20,000 nt of DNA from an uncultured Methanosarcinales archaeon (GCA_964455675.1 CAYVYK010000009.1:51139-71138); one strand, 5' to 3'. Positions 8,033 through 17,148 are shown, counted from the stretch's first letter. The notes: generated by a model not told the origin, from the sequence alone. Made by a program: numbers and translations.

Positions 8033-9189
8033 CTGAGCACCTCATCATAGAATCTTCTCGTTTTTTCCGCCATGACCTTTGAGTCATATCTCTCAAGCGC
8101 GGCCTTTCGCCCAGCAGAACCCATCTTCGCGCGCAAGGATTCATCACGAAGCAGCGAGCGAATTCTCTCGGAAAGCCTTGCGCTATCACCGACAGGAACG
8201 AGATAGCCAGTTTTGCCCTGCTGCACGAGCTCAGGAATTCCCCCAACAGGAGTTGAAATCACAGGAAGACCAGAAGCCATCGCCTCAATGATTGTCAGGG
8301 GAAGAGTCTCACTTAAGCTAGGGAGCACAAGAATATCAGCATGGTTGTACAAGCGATGAATGTCCTCATACTTCACGTACTGCAGGAATTTTGCATGCTT
8401 CCTTGACAGGGGATCCATCTTCTGCCTCCAATGCGTGATGTTCCCAGAACCTGCAAACACAAACTCGCACTCGTCCGTACGCAGGACGTCCCGCATGCTC
8501 CGTATCAGGATGTCAAGACCTTTAATCGTCAAGAGACGACCGCAAAAAAGGACGACGGGCTTCCTATTCGCTGATTTCCTTGGGCGAAAACGCATCGTGT
8601 CAACACCATTTGGAATCACACGAGCCTTCTTTCCTCTCGGAAGAAATTTCGTGATCCAGTCAGAGACAGCAATAAAGTTGCTTGAACGCCGGAAATACAA
8701 CGATTCCAACGCCGCAATGACTGGATAGGTCACGCGTGCCCAGCGCTCGGGACTAGTTGCCGGAAGAAAGAGAGGAATTTGCCCATTGATGTGGCTCTGG
8801 CTCTTCAACGTCGTGTGGATGGTCGTGACGCTTGGGAGGAGCGGAGGAAAAAACTTAAGGCCAATGTCCGGCATGTGGACGATGTTTGCGGAATGCAGCA
8901 AGTCAAAATGCTCCCGCTTCTGCAACGAAGAAAAATTCGCCAGGACTGATAGCTGAAACTTCGGATTGTAGAGAAATCCGTCATTCGCCGTCGAGAGATT
9001 ATGGATCGTAATCCGATCATCAAAAAACGCAGAAACATCCCTTTTACTGTAGGAGTCCCCACGTTTTGGAGTGATCACGTGGATATCAAGCTTTGGATCA
9101 CGCGAGAGCTGACGGATTAACTCGACAGAATAAGTACCAACACCGCCCCACGTTGGCAGAAACTCCGGAGCAAGATAAGCGATCTTCAT
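8029..9189 (-). CDS. Glycosyltransferase family 4 (GT-B)
   Basis: Start trimmed to ATG 9189 (GGAGGT SD, ATGA overlap). MKIAYLAPEFLPTWGGVG, VIPNGVD, LFCGRL..IKG, ETLPLTIIEAMASGLPVISTPVGGIPE. Confidence 0.95.
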   Translation of the reverse strand: MKIAYLAPEFLPTWGGVGTYSVELIRQLSRDPKLDIHVITPKRGDSYSKRDVSAFFDDRITIHNLSTANDGFLYNPKFQLSVLANFSSLQKREHFDLLHSANIVHMPDIGLKFFPPLLPSVTTIHTTLKSQSHINGQIPLFLPATSPERWARVTYPVIAALESLYFRRSSNFIAVSDWITKFLPRGKKARVIPNGVDTMRFRPRKSANRKPVVLFCGRLLTIKGLDILIRSMRDVLRTDECEFVFAGSGNITHWRQKMDPLSRKHAKFLQYVKYEDIHRLYNHADILVLPSLSETLPLTIIEAMASGLPVISTPVGGIPELVQQGKTGYLVPVGDSARLSERIRSLLRDESLRAKMGSAGRKAALERYDSKVMAEKTRRFYDEVLS

Positions 9190-9464
9190 GCAGACCTCCC
9201 AAGCGCCTGAATCGTGATGATGATAAGGAAAACAGCACTCAATCCGAACGTACACATCAGAACCGAAAAGCTTGTAATCGCTCCCAATCCAAACATTCTG
9301 CCAAATAGCGTCAGAATCATGAAGCAGATAAACAAAATCGCAGTATTCAAGCCAAATGACAACATGATACGCTCATAGGGCCCCTGCGTACGCAAGAGGA
9401 TCAAACTCAACAGAAAACCGGGTACGAACAGTGTGAAGAGCACGAGAAAGATTTGAAGGATCAT
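9186..9464 (-). CDS. Small 3-TM protein resembling the DUF1616 N-terminal membrane module
   Basis: ATG 9464 (ATGA overlap, GGTGA SD). LFVPGFLLSLILL....ERIMLSFGLNTAI matches the PG...ER..LS.GLS pattern of archaeal DUF1616 proteins. Confidence 0.7.
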   Translation of the reverse strand: MILQIFLVLFTLFVPGFLLSLILLRTQGPYERIMLSFGLNTAILFICFMILTLFGRMFGLGAITSFSVLMCTFGLSAVFLIIITIQALGRSA

Positions 9465-9847
9465 ACGAGATTCACCCACGTGCCAATGGATCTCCCGTCA
9501 AGACGGACCTCAACAAGTACCGTACTATTCTTTGGTTCAGCGCTCAGCAGAATGCTTTCCGTTACCGATACGAGCTTCCCCGGCTCAAGAGTTATCTGGC
9601 GCCACAACACAGGCACGTCATCGATCAAGACCGTATATGCACGAAGTACCTTCTCGTCACCATGAATCATTGCTTGGAAAGCAATAGTATACGCTGACCC
9701 TTGTTTTGCCAACTTTGCCGGAGGAGCGGAATAAGCGAGCTCAACAAACGAGTGAGCACGTTTCGTCTGAAGCTGAAAAACAAGCATACCTCCAATACAT
9801 ACGAACAGCACTATGATTATCACATACCAGACGAGATTCTCCCCCAT
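9461..9847 (-). CDS. Single-TM protein resembling the DUF1616 C-terminal extracellular beta domain
   Basis: ORF trimmed to ATG 9847, 22 nt after TTTTTATA (9877-9870). N-terminal TM, then SFVELAY, HGDEKVLRAYTVLID, ITLEPG and a terminal WVNLV. Confidence 0.6.
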   Translation of the reverse strand: MGENLVWYVIIIVLFVCIGGMLVFQLQTKRAHSFVELAYSAPPAKLAKQGSAYTIAFQAMIHGDEKVLRAYTVLIDDVPVLWRQITLEPGKLVSVTESILLSAEPKNSTVLVEVRLDGRSIGTWVNLV

Positions 9848-9991
9848 ATCAATGAGCACCATGGGCTGATATAAAAACTTTTTGAGTGTTGCTACTCTAG
9901 AATAGAATCGAAATCGACAACTATAAAAACTTGAACACCGAAGAGAATCAGACGTTTTTAAAGACTGTACAATCCGGGGGGATAGAATCAT
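9848..9991. promoter_or_regulatory. Divergent promoter region (DUF1616/GT4 operon versus GT2)
   Basis: AT-rich. TATA-like TTTTTATA on the minus strand (9877-9870) and TTTTTAAA on the plus strand (9955-9962). Imperfect palindrome at 9892-9905. Confidence 0.6.
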
Positions 9992-10846
9992 ATGAATGAG
10001 ATGAAGCCACGTCTGACAGTTATCATTCCATGCTACAATGAGGAGAAAGGAATCGCAAAAGTGCTCTCCCGCATTCCAAATACATTTCACGAACGGTATC
10101 AACTCGAAATCGTTGTTGTCGACAACAACAGTAGCGACGCAACAGCCGCTGTCGCGCACTCGTATGGAGCAACCGTCATCAGCGAACGTAGACAAGGCAA
10201 GGGGCATGCCATGCTGAAAGGTTTTTGGCACATCACGAACGAAGTTGACTATGTAGCCATGATCGATGGAGACGGATCGTACGAGATCCAAGAACTCCCA
10301 AGGCTCATGGAACTCCTCGAAAGCAAGTTCTGCGACGCGGTCATCGGATCACGACTGCACGGACGGGTATCCTATGGCTCGATGCCTCGATTCAACAGGT
10401 ATGGCAACTGGCTGTTCACATTCCTCTCGCGGGTGGGCTACGAAACGAACGTCACTGACGTATGCAGCGGATTTTTCGCGTGGAGAGCAGACGTTGTACG
10501 AACACTTCGCCTGTACTTACAGGAACCGCGGTTCTCGCTTGAAATGGAAATGATGGCAAAAATGGCACGCCTTGGGTACCGCACAAATTCTGTGCCTATT
10601 ACGTACAAACTTCGAGCGGGCAAGTCAAGCCTTCACCCCGTCAAGGACGGCGCAAGAATCATGGGAACATGGCTCAAGAATCTTTCATGGAGCCCAGAGC
10701 GATCACGGCAGTCCGGTACGCACCGATGGGCACCACAACCGAATCCTGCTCCAGCGGATATTCCCTTCCGACCGGATCATGAGCTTGTGCAATCGAGCGT
10801 CCGATCCAACCGATCCGAACATCGTGGGCGCGAGGTTCCTTATTGA
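9992..10846 (+). CDS. Glycosyltransferase family 2, DPM1-like polyprenol-phosphate glycosyltransferase
   Basis: VIIPCYNEE, VVVDNNSSD, RQGKGHA, MIDGDGSY, VIGSR, TDVCSGF, RAGKSSLHPVKDG. Confidence 0.93.
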   Translation: MNEMKPRLTVIIPCYNEEKGIAKVLSRIPNTFHERYQLEIVVVDNNSSDATAAVAHSYGATVISERRQGKGHAMLKGFWHITNEVDYVAMIDGDGSYEIQELPRLMELLESKFCDAVIGSRLHGRVSYGSMPRFNRYGNWLFTFLSRVGYETNVTDVCSGFFAWRADVVRTLRLYLQEPRFSLEMEMMAKMARLGYRTNSVPITYKLRAGKSSLHPVKDGARIMGTWLKNLSWSPERSRQSGTHRWAPQPNPAPADIPFRPDHELVQSSVRSNRSEHRGREVPY

Positions 10847-12131
10847 CAATAGTCACGAAAATACCCTGCTCATTTTCGACGGTAAGACAGTCAAAAGGCC
10901 ATTCGCACACCGTGCTATAGATAATTGAATCATGAGTGTTGTACTTGGCAAAAAGACGCTTGACCTCGTATGTTGGCCAGAGCCTTGAAGGCGAACGACC
11001 CCATAGTCCAAAACCAGAATCAGACTCAAGACTCGTGCCGCTATAGAATGTCTCAATGTCAACAGCGCCCGACCTGATCATCCAAATAAGCGCAGATGAG
11101 AGGTATGCGGATGCTGGAAGCTCATCAAGATGCTGCATGTATTCAGCTCTCCAGTCAAGACTATACTCAGACATGATAATCTCCTTATCGGTCAGAGTGG
11201 ATAGCTCAATCATCAGATCATGGTACAACACCTTGGTGTTTCGCATCCGATCCTCCAACCCCGCGAATTCATCCTCAGAATTACCATAATGGTGGATACT
11301 GATAAAATCCGGCTCCTCTTCAAGGAAGTAGACAAGCCGCTCGTTCTCGTAACTTGGATAATACACAAGACTGTAGCCACCAATCTTCGTCCCGGGAGAC
11401 GCTTTCAGCAGTTCCTGCTTCGTCAGCCTAAATAGCCTTGGATACAGAGAATCCCACCAAAAGTCCTCCCAAGGCTCATTCCACACCTCAACATACCAGT
11501 CGCTCGTGTTGCAGGGCGCGGCAAGCAGATCAGCATCACACAGCACACGATAATGCGACAACACCGTTCCAGCATACCGCGCAAACTCCTCAACATCCCT
11601 TGGAGGATTCTGCTCATCACTCACGCCATGCATCGACAATTCCCTTGGAGCATGCGCAAAGACCATGATAGGAGTAACATTTGCGCGCAAGGCGGCGTTC
11701 ACAAGCTCATCGAGCTTCTGATAGTTGTATGGATCACCATACGGAATCGTACTCTCCCTCCAACCTGGATTACTCACCCAGATACGAATGAAGCGGGAAC
11801 CAACGCTCCTATGTAGACCGATTATTCTTTCATCCCGAGCAAAATCCATCCAGTTATCATTCTCATTCACGCCGTAGCGAAGCGAGACGCTACCTGCCTT
11901 TGCGTTGAAATCAGCAAGAACGTCAACTGGCGGAGGAACGTACCCTGGCGGATGGATCTGCACGGTCTGCTCGACATGCTGCGATGGAGGCGTCACCAAA
12001 TGAAGCGGATTCCCCGATATGAGGGTATTGACAAAAGTTCCACCATCAACATCCTGATCCAAGTTTGAGTATAAGGCCACAGAAAGGACAATGAGAATTC
12101 CAATGAGCAAGGCAAGGAGGAGGTTTTTCAT
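10674..12131 (-). CDS. Membrane-anchored or secreted clan GH-A glycoside hydrolase (GH39-like)
   Basis: N-terminal hydrophobic anchor. WYVEVWNEP (acid/base Glu), DFISIHHYG, IIMSEYS (nucleophile Glu), FGLW, and a C-terminal beta-sandwich. ATGA overlap with the upstream methyltransferase. Confidence 0.82.
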   Translation of the reverse strand: MKNLLLALLIGILIVLSVALYSNLDQDVDGGTFVNTLISGNPLHLVTPPSQHVEQTVQIHPPGYVPPPVDVLADFNAKAGSVSLRYGVNENDNWMDFARDERIIGLHRSVGSRFIRIWVSNPGWRESTIPYGDPYNYQKLDELVNAALRANVTPIMVFAHAPRELSMHGVSDEQNPPRDVEEFARYAGTVLSHYRVLCDADLLAAPCNTSDWYVEVWNEPWEDFWWDSLYPRLFRLTKQELLKASPGTKIGGYSLVYYPSYENERLVYFLEEEPDFISIHHYGNSEDEFAGLEDRMRNTKVLYHDLMIELSTLTDKEIIMSEYSLDWRAEYMQHLDELPASAYLSSALIWMIRSGAVDIETFYSGTSLESDSGFGLWGRSPSRLWPTYEVKRLFAKYNTHDSIIYSTVCEWPFDCLTVENEQGIFVTIVNKEPRAHDVRIGWIGRSIAQAHDPVGREYPLEQDSVVVPIGAYRTAVIALGSMKDS

Positions 12132-13171
12132 TTTCGCGCGAAGATAAGATATGCAGGAAGGATGTATTTCAAGATTCCGGTGCGAGCAAGAATCCTGACA
12201 ACACGCCGGAGAGGCCTTGGCACATCATGAAGAGCAAGGCCTGGAAACGCACTGTACGGATAGTTGGAGGATACAGGCAACATGTACGTCGGAACATTAT
12301 AATCAGGAATGGCATTATAGAATTCCAGAGTGCCAAAACCAGCATCGCGGAAAAGACGCTCGTACCCCCACATGCTGTAAATATATGTTCGATAGGGTTT
12401 TTGAAGTACAATCCATGTGAGCATACTTGCGAGGAACCGCGGGAGAATCGTGACGAATGGGACATTCACATGCGGATCGAAACGGCCCATGAACTGACGA
12501 TAACACAGCCGATTCTCAATGCCAACATACAAGATTCCACCGGGCTTCAATAGGGAATGCATTTTTTTAAGGACACTCTCTTGTATACGCCTTGGACTTC
12601 CTGTTCTACCCTCTGCTGTCCACTCAAGCACGCCGTTCATCACGATTAGATCAAAACTATTCTTCCTGAAGGGAAGGTTATGGGCATCAGCACGGAGCAG
12701 GGTGACGTTGCCAAGATTCTCCTCGCGAAAGCGATGCTTACAAAATTCTAACCGTTCCGGAACAACATCAACAGCAATCACGTGCCCATAATGTCGGGCA
12801 AGCTCCTCGGCAATTGTACCCATGCCAGCGCCAACATCGAGCACGACCGCATCCTTCTTAAGATTAAGAAAATAATGCCAATAGCATCTTGACGCATCCG
12901 TAATAAATGAGAAAGGCTCAGGAAACTGATCGCGTTTGCGCCTGGTTACTTCTGCCAAAGCGGTCTTCCATTTTTTTCCTCGCCGCAGCGCAATATTCAC
13001 GTGATTCATCTCGCGTTGTGTGATCTCACCCCAATAATTCCCGCTGTCCGTGAACCACGGGATACCGTCACGAATAGGCCAGGATGCTTTGCATGAATTA
13101 CATACATATGCAGAACTCTCCTTGCGAATAGGAGAAGCGCATTTTGGGCAGCAGAGCGGTGGCGCCATCAT
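12128..13171 (-). CDS. Class I SAM-dependent methyltransferase with an N-terminal Trm112-like zinc ribbon
   Basis: ATG 13171 (GAGGTG SD, ATGA overlap). CPKC...CNSC...WPIRDGIP, VLDVGAGMG, ADAHNLPF..SFDLI, LLKPGG. Confidence 0.88.
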   Translation of the reverse strand: MMAPPLCCPKCASPIRKESSAYVCNSCKASWPIRDGIPWFTDSGNYWGEITQREMNHVNIALRRGKKWKTALAEVTRRKRDQFPEPFSFITDASRCYWHYFLNLKKDAVVLDVGAGMGTIAEELARHYGHVIAVDVVPERLEFCKHRFREENLGNVTLLRADAHNLPFRKNSFDLIVMNGVLEWTAEGRTGSPRRIQESVLKKMHSLLKPGGILYVGIENRLCYRQFMGRFDPHVNVPFVTILPRFLASMLTWIVLQKPYRTYIYSMWGYERLFRDAGFGTLEFYNAIPDYNVPTYMLPVSSNYPYSAFPGLALHDVPRPLRRVVRILARTGILKYILPAYLIFARK

Positions 13172-14067
13172 AGCACACACCTCTCCTCAAGAGCATGCAC
13201 GAGAAATTGGCGCGACCTTTGCGTAACACTGTACCTTTCACCCTCTTGGCGCAGCCGAAGCAGATAAAACTCAGCCAAGTACAAGAGGAAAAGCGAATGC
13301 ACGTGAACGGAAGGGATATTAAGAGCATTGCACGCCCTTTGAATCTCGGACCGGAGATATTTTGTATGAACCGTTTCTGTGAAGAACATCCTGTGAAATG
13401 CACGAAGATCATCAGAACCAAGCGCGAGAGAAGAACTCACCATGAAGTGGAAGAGGTCAAAGAGAGGAAGGTTTGAATCCCCAAAATGCTCCCAATCAAG
13501 AACTCCAAGAGTCTCTCCGAGAATGATGTTACCTGGCCAGAAGTCAGTATGCTTTGGAGAAAGCGGCACAACACCATCCGACAGACGCGGAAATCCTATG
13601 CCAAGACGCTTAAGTTTCGGGACCATATTTCTTTGCAGGCGATCGATTGATCCCAAACGAACCGGAAAATGACGGTTGAAATCAATCAGCCATGCATTTG
13701 CGCGGTGGAGATGAGCGTTAAGGGTGCGGGCACTCAGATCTTGAGCCATCGTGTTCCCCGGAATGAACGATCGAACACTCACGGGCAATCCCTTCGCAAC
13801 AAATACACCAAGAGGACGCGGGATGCAACGTGATAGAGCAGGTGATACTTGGCCATGAATCTTCTGCAATAGCTCATTTTCCCATTTTACTTTAGATGGA
13901 TCCCTTGGGCTGGCGCAGGCAATCGCAATTATTCGCTGACGGTCAAGAATGAAGAACGTGAGCTGGCCATAACGGTTCTGTACGAGCATTTGCACATCAG
14001 AAGGGGAAAAAGAGAGATCCAGCTCCTCCCAGTGCTCACGCACGTAGCTTATGATGGCCCCCCTCAT
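13168..14067 (-). CDS. Aminoglycoside phosphotransferase/choline-kinase-like (APH family) kinase
   Basis: Start trimmed to ATG 14067, 22 nt after TATATAAG (14097-14090). Catalytic loop HTDFWPGNI, metal-binding LDWE, and PLFDLFHF. Confidence 0.8.
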   Translation of the reverse strand: MRGAIISYVREHWEELDLSFSPSDVQMLVQNRYGQLTFFILDRQRIIAIACASPRDPSKVKWENELLQKIHGQVSPALSRCIPRPLGVFVAKGLPVSVRSFIPGNTMAQDLSARTLNAHLHRANAWLIDFNRHFPVRLGSIDRLQRNMVPKLKRLGIGFPRLSDGVVPLSPKHTDFWPGNIILGETLGVLDWEHFGDSNLPLFDLFHFMVSSSLALGSDDLRAFHRMFFTETVHTKYLRSEIQRACNALNIPSVHVHSLFLLYLAEFYLLRLRQEGERYSVTQRSRQFLVHALEERCVL

Positions 14068-14150
14068 GCCAAGGGCGAGCCTCAAAAGACTTATATATTT
14101 ATCCCTATTACAGAGTAGATACATTATGTGAGTTCCACGGGGGGGTACAT
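14068..14150. promoter_or_regulatory. Divergent promoter region (kinase/MTase/GH39 operon versus flippase operon)
   Basis: TTATATATTTAT at 14091-14102, an imperfect palindrome at 14105-14118, and a G7 SD-like run at 14139-14145. Confidence 0.6.
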
Positions 14151-15353
14151 ATATTCCACAGAATACGAGAAGCATTAGCGGATTCTCTCTACGGTAATTC
14201 ATTGTACCTCGTCATAGACTCGGCAATCCTGTCCATCTTTGGATTCATCTTCTGGACAATCAATACCCACCTTTTTACACCCGCAGAAGTAGGCATGGCA
14301 ACTGCGCTCCTGTCTCTTGCGGAATTCATCACGCTCCTCTCGCTCCTCGGATTTGACGTTGCCCTCGTCTACTACCTCCCCCGGACGAAGCATGGCGCAA
14401 AATTCATGCACTCATGCTTCTCCATCGCAGGAATACTTGCGGCGATCCTCGCGAGTGCAGTCATCATCTTTGACGTATTCCCCGAGATGGCATTTGACGG
14501 ATGGAAAGCGTTCGCACTTATCACGTTCGTTGTCATCAATGTGGGGTCCTACCTCATCAATGCGATCTTCATCGCCATGAACAAGAGTGCCCATATCATA
14601 CGAAAGGACACGATCTTCAGCGTGCTTAAGGTCATCTTCCCCGCAGCACTCGTCTCACTTGGCGCGTATGGCATTTTCTCCTCGTGGCTCCTTGCGCTCA
14701 CGATCGCAATCATCGCCAGCCTCTTTTTCATCAACTATTGGCCAAGACCATATGTCGATACTCCAACCGTGCGCGGAATGCTCCAGTTCTCACTTGTGAA
14801 CTACGCGGCAAACCTCCTGCAAATCTCACCAGGACTTGTGCTCCCACTCCTCATCACAAAGTACCTCTCACCGAACGAAACGGCGTATTTTTACGTCGCG
14901 TGGATGATCACAACACTCCTCTTTGTCATCCCAGCGTCAGTCTCAAAAACACTCCTTGCACAACACGATCATGGCTTGAAGCACGGCATCCGTAAGTCAT
15001 TCCGATTCACATTCATGCTCCTTGTCCCCGCGGTAGTCATCACTCTCGCAGTCGGACCGTATCTCCTCCTCATCTTTGGCAAGACATACAGCACATCAGC
15101 ATCCCCAATACTTCGGGTCCTTGCGCTGTCGAGCATCCCGTTCGCATTCAATTCCATCTTCACAACGGTGATGAATCTGAGAAAAAAACTGTGGGCGGTT
15201 ATCGGGATCCATGCGATCGTGTCAACTCTCAGCCTCACCCTTAGCTACATGTATATCCTCCACGGTGTCGAATACGTCGCGTGGATATGGCTTGCCACAC
15301 AAAGCATACTTGCGCTCTTCACAGCGACATGGTTGGTGCGATATGCGGCGTGA
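14151..15353 (+). CDS. Wzx-type oligosaccharide flippase (MOP/polysaccharide biosynthesis protein); start uncertain (ATA 14151 or TTG 14202)
   Basis: About 12 TM segments. DSLYGNSLYL..DS...SIFGFIFW....LFTPAEVG and PLLITKYLSPNETAYFYVAW are typical of archaeal Wzx-like proteins. Confidence 0.85.
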   Translation: MFHRIREALADSLYGNSLYLVIDSAILSIFGFIFWTINTHLFTPAEVGMATALLSLAEFITLLSLLGFDVALVYYLPRTKHGAKFMHSCFSIAGILAAILASAVIIFDVFPEMAFDGWKAFALITFVVINVGSYLINAIFIAMNKSAHIIRKDTIFSVLKVIFPAALVSLGAYGIFSSWLLALTIAIIASLFFINYWPRPYVDTPTVRGMLQFSLVNYAANLLQISPGLVLPLLITKYLSPNETAYFYVAWMITTLLFVIPASVSKTLLAQHDHGLKHGIRKSFRFTFMLLVPAVVITLAVGPYLLLIFGKTYSTSASPILRVLALSSIPFAFNSIFTTVMNLRKKLWAVIGIHAIVSTLSLTLSYMYILHGVEYVAWIWLATQSILALFTATWLVRYAA

Positions 15354-17148
15354 ATATCTCATGTATACAACACATGTCCTCCTCGGCATCCTTACAATCA
15401 TCGCCGCATTCGGAATTCCAAACAACCTACCGCCAGGCATATTCTGGATATGCTACTGGTCACTCCTGCTCTTCACCATCTTCGTCGTGCTTAAAGCGGA
15501 ACGCAAGACCCTTGCCATCCTCATACTCTCACTCACCATTTCATTTATCTACATCGGAATGGTCCCTGCACCATGGCAGGAAGGAAGGGACGAAATCTTC
15601 GAAGCTGACCTCGCTGACAAGATAGTACAGCAGGGAGTCTGGAATCCCAGAGAAGGCATAGGCTTTGCAGAGAACTACTACGGGTACACACCGGTGTTGC
15701 ATTTCCTCACCGCAGCAGGATCGCTTGCAAGCGGAATCTCACCGCATATCATCGTCAAATACCTCATGTTCCCACTCATCCGATTACTGCTGCTCCTTGG
15801 AGTGTGCGTAACGGTCGTCATCCTCATTGGGAGCGCTCGCAACCAGATCGTGTACACCATCCTGCTCCTCTTTTCCGTATCGGTTGGAGTCTCATTCGTC
15901 GGAACAACTCGCAGATCGATCGCATCGCTCCTCTTTCTCCTCACGATCATCAGCATATTACGGCTGAGGTATTCCGATCAAAGATTCTTCTACCACGCAC
16001 TCTTCGTTGTTTTTTCCACCCTTCTCCTTTTCTCCGACCGATCGATCTCAAGCTACCTGCTCATTTTCCTCGTCGGATTCCTCATCTACACGATCATCGT
16101 CGAGAAATTTCCCATCAGACGAGCACGGGCAATCATGCAGCGAAGATTCCTCCCAGATCTTATCTGGCAAACGCTGTTCTTTGGAGCGATATACGTGCTC
16201 TACCGACTCAAGTATGCAGGAATCTTCCAGAATTCAGATGCGTCCTACGTCCGCGATTCATGGCAGCTCATCCTCGCTACCCTTCGAATGCATCCTATCC
16301 CTTCAGATACCTGGCCAATGCTTAAAAATTTCTACTCCGTACCCGAAATGGGCGTGATCTATGGATCACAGATCATCTTCCTCTTGCTTGGCACCGCAGG
16401 ACTTCTGATATTCATCCACCAATTATTCATAAAGCTGGCAATCTTTCGAAAGCCATTCGCGCACGAATCAATGCTCATCTACCTCGGACTATTCGGTCTT
16501 GCCACATTCGTCATCTCAGCACTCTTCATGAAAACCTCCATGGACACGGTTGTTACTATCCTCCTTTGGTTCTTTTCCCTCCCTATCGCCATCTTTGCAG
16601 GAGTATTCTTTGAGTGGTGGCTTCGAAAGCGCATCGGCATCATGTATGTTGTTCCTCTCGCGCTCGTCGTCCTACTCCTTGGTACAGCCGCCATGCATAT
16701 GGGCATCTTTGCACCGAGCGTAACAGCACATCCATCACGCGACATCCTCACACCGTTTGATGAACGAGCGAAGAGCGAAGAAGTGCTCAAATCCGGGGCG
16801 TACCTTGCGAAAAGCATGCCAGGGGCACACGTCCTAGGAGACATGAGCATCTATGAAACATACGGCGGCAGGTACGGACTCCATGTCAATCCCTATTATG
16901 AATACCAGCAGACAATCTATCTTGGGACAAGCGAACAGATCCTGGAGATGAGCAGCTACGAAGAATTTGAATTCGGAATGTACAAGCACACCCATAGGTA
17001 TGCGCCAGTCCAATTCATCATCACGAACACACTCGTTGCCGACTACTTCAATAGGGTATTTGGCAGAACGGATGCCGGAAAAGGAATGGAACGCTTCGAC
17101 AGAATATACGACAACGGACAAATCGCGATCCATATGAGGGGAGAATAA
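15343..17148 (+). CDS. Polytopic membrane protein, probable GT-C fold polymerase/ligase-like (DUF2206-like)
   Basis: ATG 15343 overlaps the flippase end. More than 10 TM segments, an early loop GRDEIFE...YYGYTPVLH, and a C-terminal soluble domain ending RIYDNGQIAI. Confidence 0.65.
   Translation: MRREYLMYTTHVLLGILTIIAAFGIPNNLPPGIFWICYWSLLLFTIFVVLKAERKTLAILILSLTISFIYIGMVPAPWQEGRDEIFEADLADKIVQQGVWNPREGIGFAENYYGYTPVLHFLTAAGSLASGISPHIIVKYLMFPLIRLLLLLGVCVTVVILIGSARNQIVYTILLLFSVSVGVSFVGTTRRSIASLLFLLTIISILRLRYSDQRFFYHALFVVFSTLLLFSDRSISSYLLIFLVGFLIYTIIVEKFPIRRARAIMQRRFLPDLIWQTLFFGAIYVLYRLKYAGIFQNSDASYVRDSWQLILATLRMHPIPSDTWPMLKNFYSVPEMGVIYGSQIIFLLLGTAGLLIFIHQLFIKLAIFRKPFAHESMLIYLGLFGLATFVISALFMKTSMDTVVTILLWFFSLPIAIFAGVFFEWWLRKRIGIMYVVPLALVVLLLGTAAMHMGIFAPSVTAHPSRDILTPFDERAKSEEVLKSGAYLAKSMPGAHVLGDMSIYETYGGRYGLHVNPYYEYQQTIYLGTSEQILEMSSYEEFEFGMYKHTHRYAPVQFIITNTLVADYFNRVFGRTDAGKGMERFDRIYDNGQIAIHMRGE

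Noticed and set aside
9848..10291. N-terminal extension of the 276-aa ORF 9461..10291
   Set aside because: It overlaps GT2 in antisense and crosses the promoter region. TATA spacing supports ATG 9847.
13168..14067. Aminoglycoside resistance gene
   Set aside because: APH-fold motifs are shared by many small-molecule and glycan kinases. The context points to glycan modification.
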